Source of the DNA: Amphiscolops sp. MND2022
Taxonomy: Eukaryota
Direction of reading: 5' to 3'
Length of the DNA stretch: 64,000 bases
Assembly: GCA_964187785.1 (NCBI GenBank)
Contig: OZ076409.1
Span: forward strand, 84,632,001-84,696,000
Positions 63,001 to 64,000 of the stretch are shown in pieces (the stretch's first letter is position 1; each line of letters opens with the position of its first letter). The position numbers were made by a program, and so were the translations under genes. Below the pieces are notes generated by a model. That model searched no databases. It was not told the origin of the DNA and saw only the letters and a list, made by a program, of their open reading frames with translations.

Positions 63001-63560
63001 CACTATGGTAGCAAAAAGCGACGTACAGCTGAAAATCAAATCTTATTCAGTTTGTGAAGAACTTTTCATTTTCATTCTCAACCGGAAGTGAAATCAATCA
63101 CTCTTGATTTAAACATTGTTGAAAATGGTCAAACCATTGGATTCATACGTTGTTTGCAAAATCGTTACACTTCGCGAAAGGGGTTTATCAAAGAAATTAA
63201 AGAAAAGTTGGGCCTTAAACCTCGATCGACAGCTCAAACAGCTTATCAGCGTTTTTGAGAACGAACTCTTATGTGGCGAAAAAACCTCCAGGCCGGCCAG
63301 AAAAGCTCAGCAAAAAAGAGCGAAGACTAATATTTTGAAGAGTGGAAAAGACCCAAAAACAACATTAGAACGAGTAAGAGTACTGCAAATTTTTTTCAAC
63401 GTCAACAACAAGACGTACAATTCGAAGAATCCTGAAGAAGTACGGAATTGTTTCTAGAAAAGCCGCAAAAAAGATCAACTTGAACAAAACACAAAGACTG
63501 ATCAGAAAACGTTGGTGCTCGAGTATGGTGAAAAAGCCCCTTGGTTTTTATCCAGCTTCA
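63001..63560 (+). mobile_element. Tc1/mariner-like transposon 5' fragment
   Basis: TA|CACTATGGTAGCAAAAAG at the point where the LINE stops. Frameshifted HTH-like peptides 'MVKPLDSYVVCKIVTLRERGLS' and 'RRILKKYGIVSRKAAKKINLNKTQRLIRKRWC'. No DDE domain or second TIR seen. Confidence 0.6.
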
Positions 63561-63720
63561 ATTTTCCACCGAAAATGAGCAAAAGATTTGGAATTTTTTG
63601 AAAAAAAATAATTGAAAAAAATCTCAAATTGCCGGAAAAGCCAAAACGAAATAAAAAGTTTCATCAAATCAATCACTTTCATAGTGAACTGATAGCGCTT
63701 TTGATGGCGCTCCCAATGAT

Positions 63721-64000
63721 ACAAAACGGGAAAATCGAACGTCGGCGCTAACCTAAGGCTCAAAAAGCGCAAAGTTTAGAAAATCTGCTAGGGACTTTTA
63801 TGAAAAGACAAAAAACTTCGAAACACCAAAATATCACAAAATTTGCAAGGGGACCTTTTAGTCACAATCGGTTTCGTATGTTACGTTAAAAAAGGAGAAA
63901 TGAGAGGGGGGACCCTCTGCACTACGTTAGATGCATTTTCGCTGCCCAGATTTGGGTGATACTGTAAACTTGAAGAATGTTGTTTTTTTTTCACTCGAAA
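63721..64000 (-). mobile_element. HINE family A-related copy, truncated by the window edge
   Basis: GTCGGCGCTAACCTAAGGCTCAAAAAGCGC and GGGGGGACCC core. Confidence 0.55.

Overview
AT-rich, repeat-dense eukaryotic (invertebrate-animal-like) genomic DNA with GT-AG introns. No prokaryotic operons, rRNA or CRISPR arrays are visible. Two spliced host genes lie on the minus strand. The first and main finding is a gene whose six visible exons (59606 down to 37366) splice in one frame to encode a sialic acid synthase (NANS: TIM barrel plus SAF/antifreeze-like domain) fused directly to a CMP-sialic acid synthetase (CMAS) catalytic domain; its 5' exon(s) were not found and probably lie beyond the right edge. 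The second is an intact but strongly diverged ribosomal protein uS5/RPS2-like gene (4 visible exons, 10298 down to 6308). The rest is a mosaic of transposons: a young non-autonomous BEL/Pao-like LTR element with near-identical LTRs and a 5-bp TSD, two ORF-bearing solo-LTR-like elements with 5-bp TSDs, a decayed Ty3/Gypsy element, several decayed APE-RT LINEs, a deleted hAT element (8-bp TSD), a Tc1-like fragment, a MITE, a Helitron-like 3' end and two Helentron/HINE (DINE-1-like) families. The last NANS-CMAS intron looks as if it arose by duplication of exon sequence. Protein assignments come from motif recognition by eye; no database searches were run.
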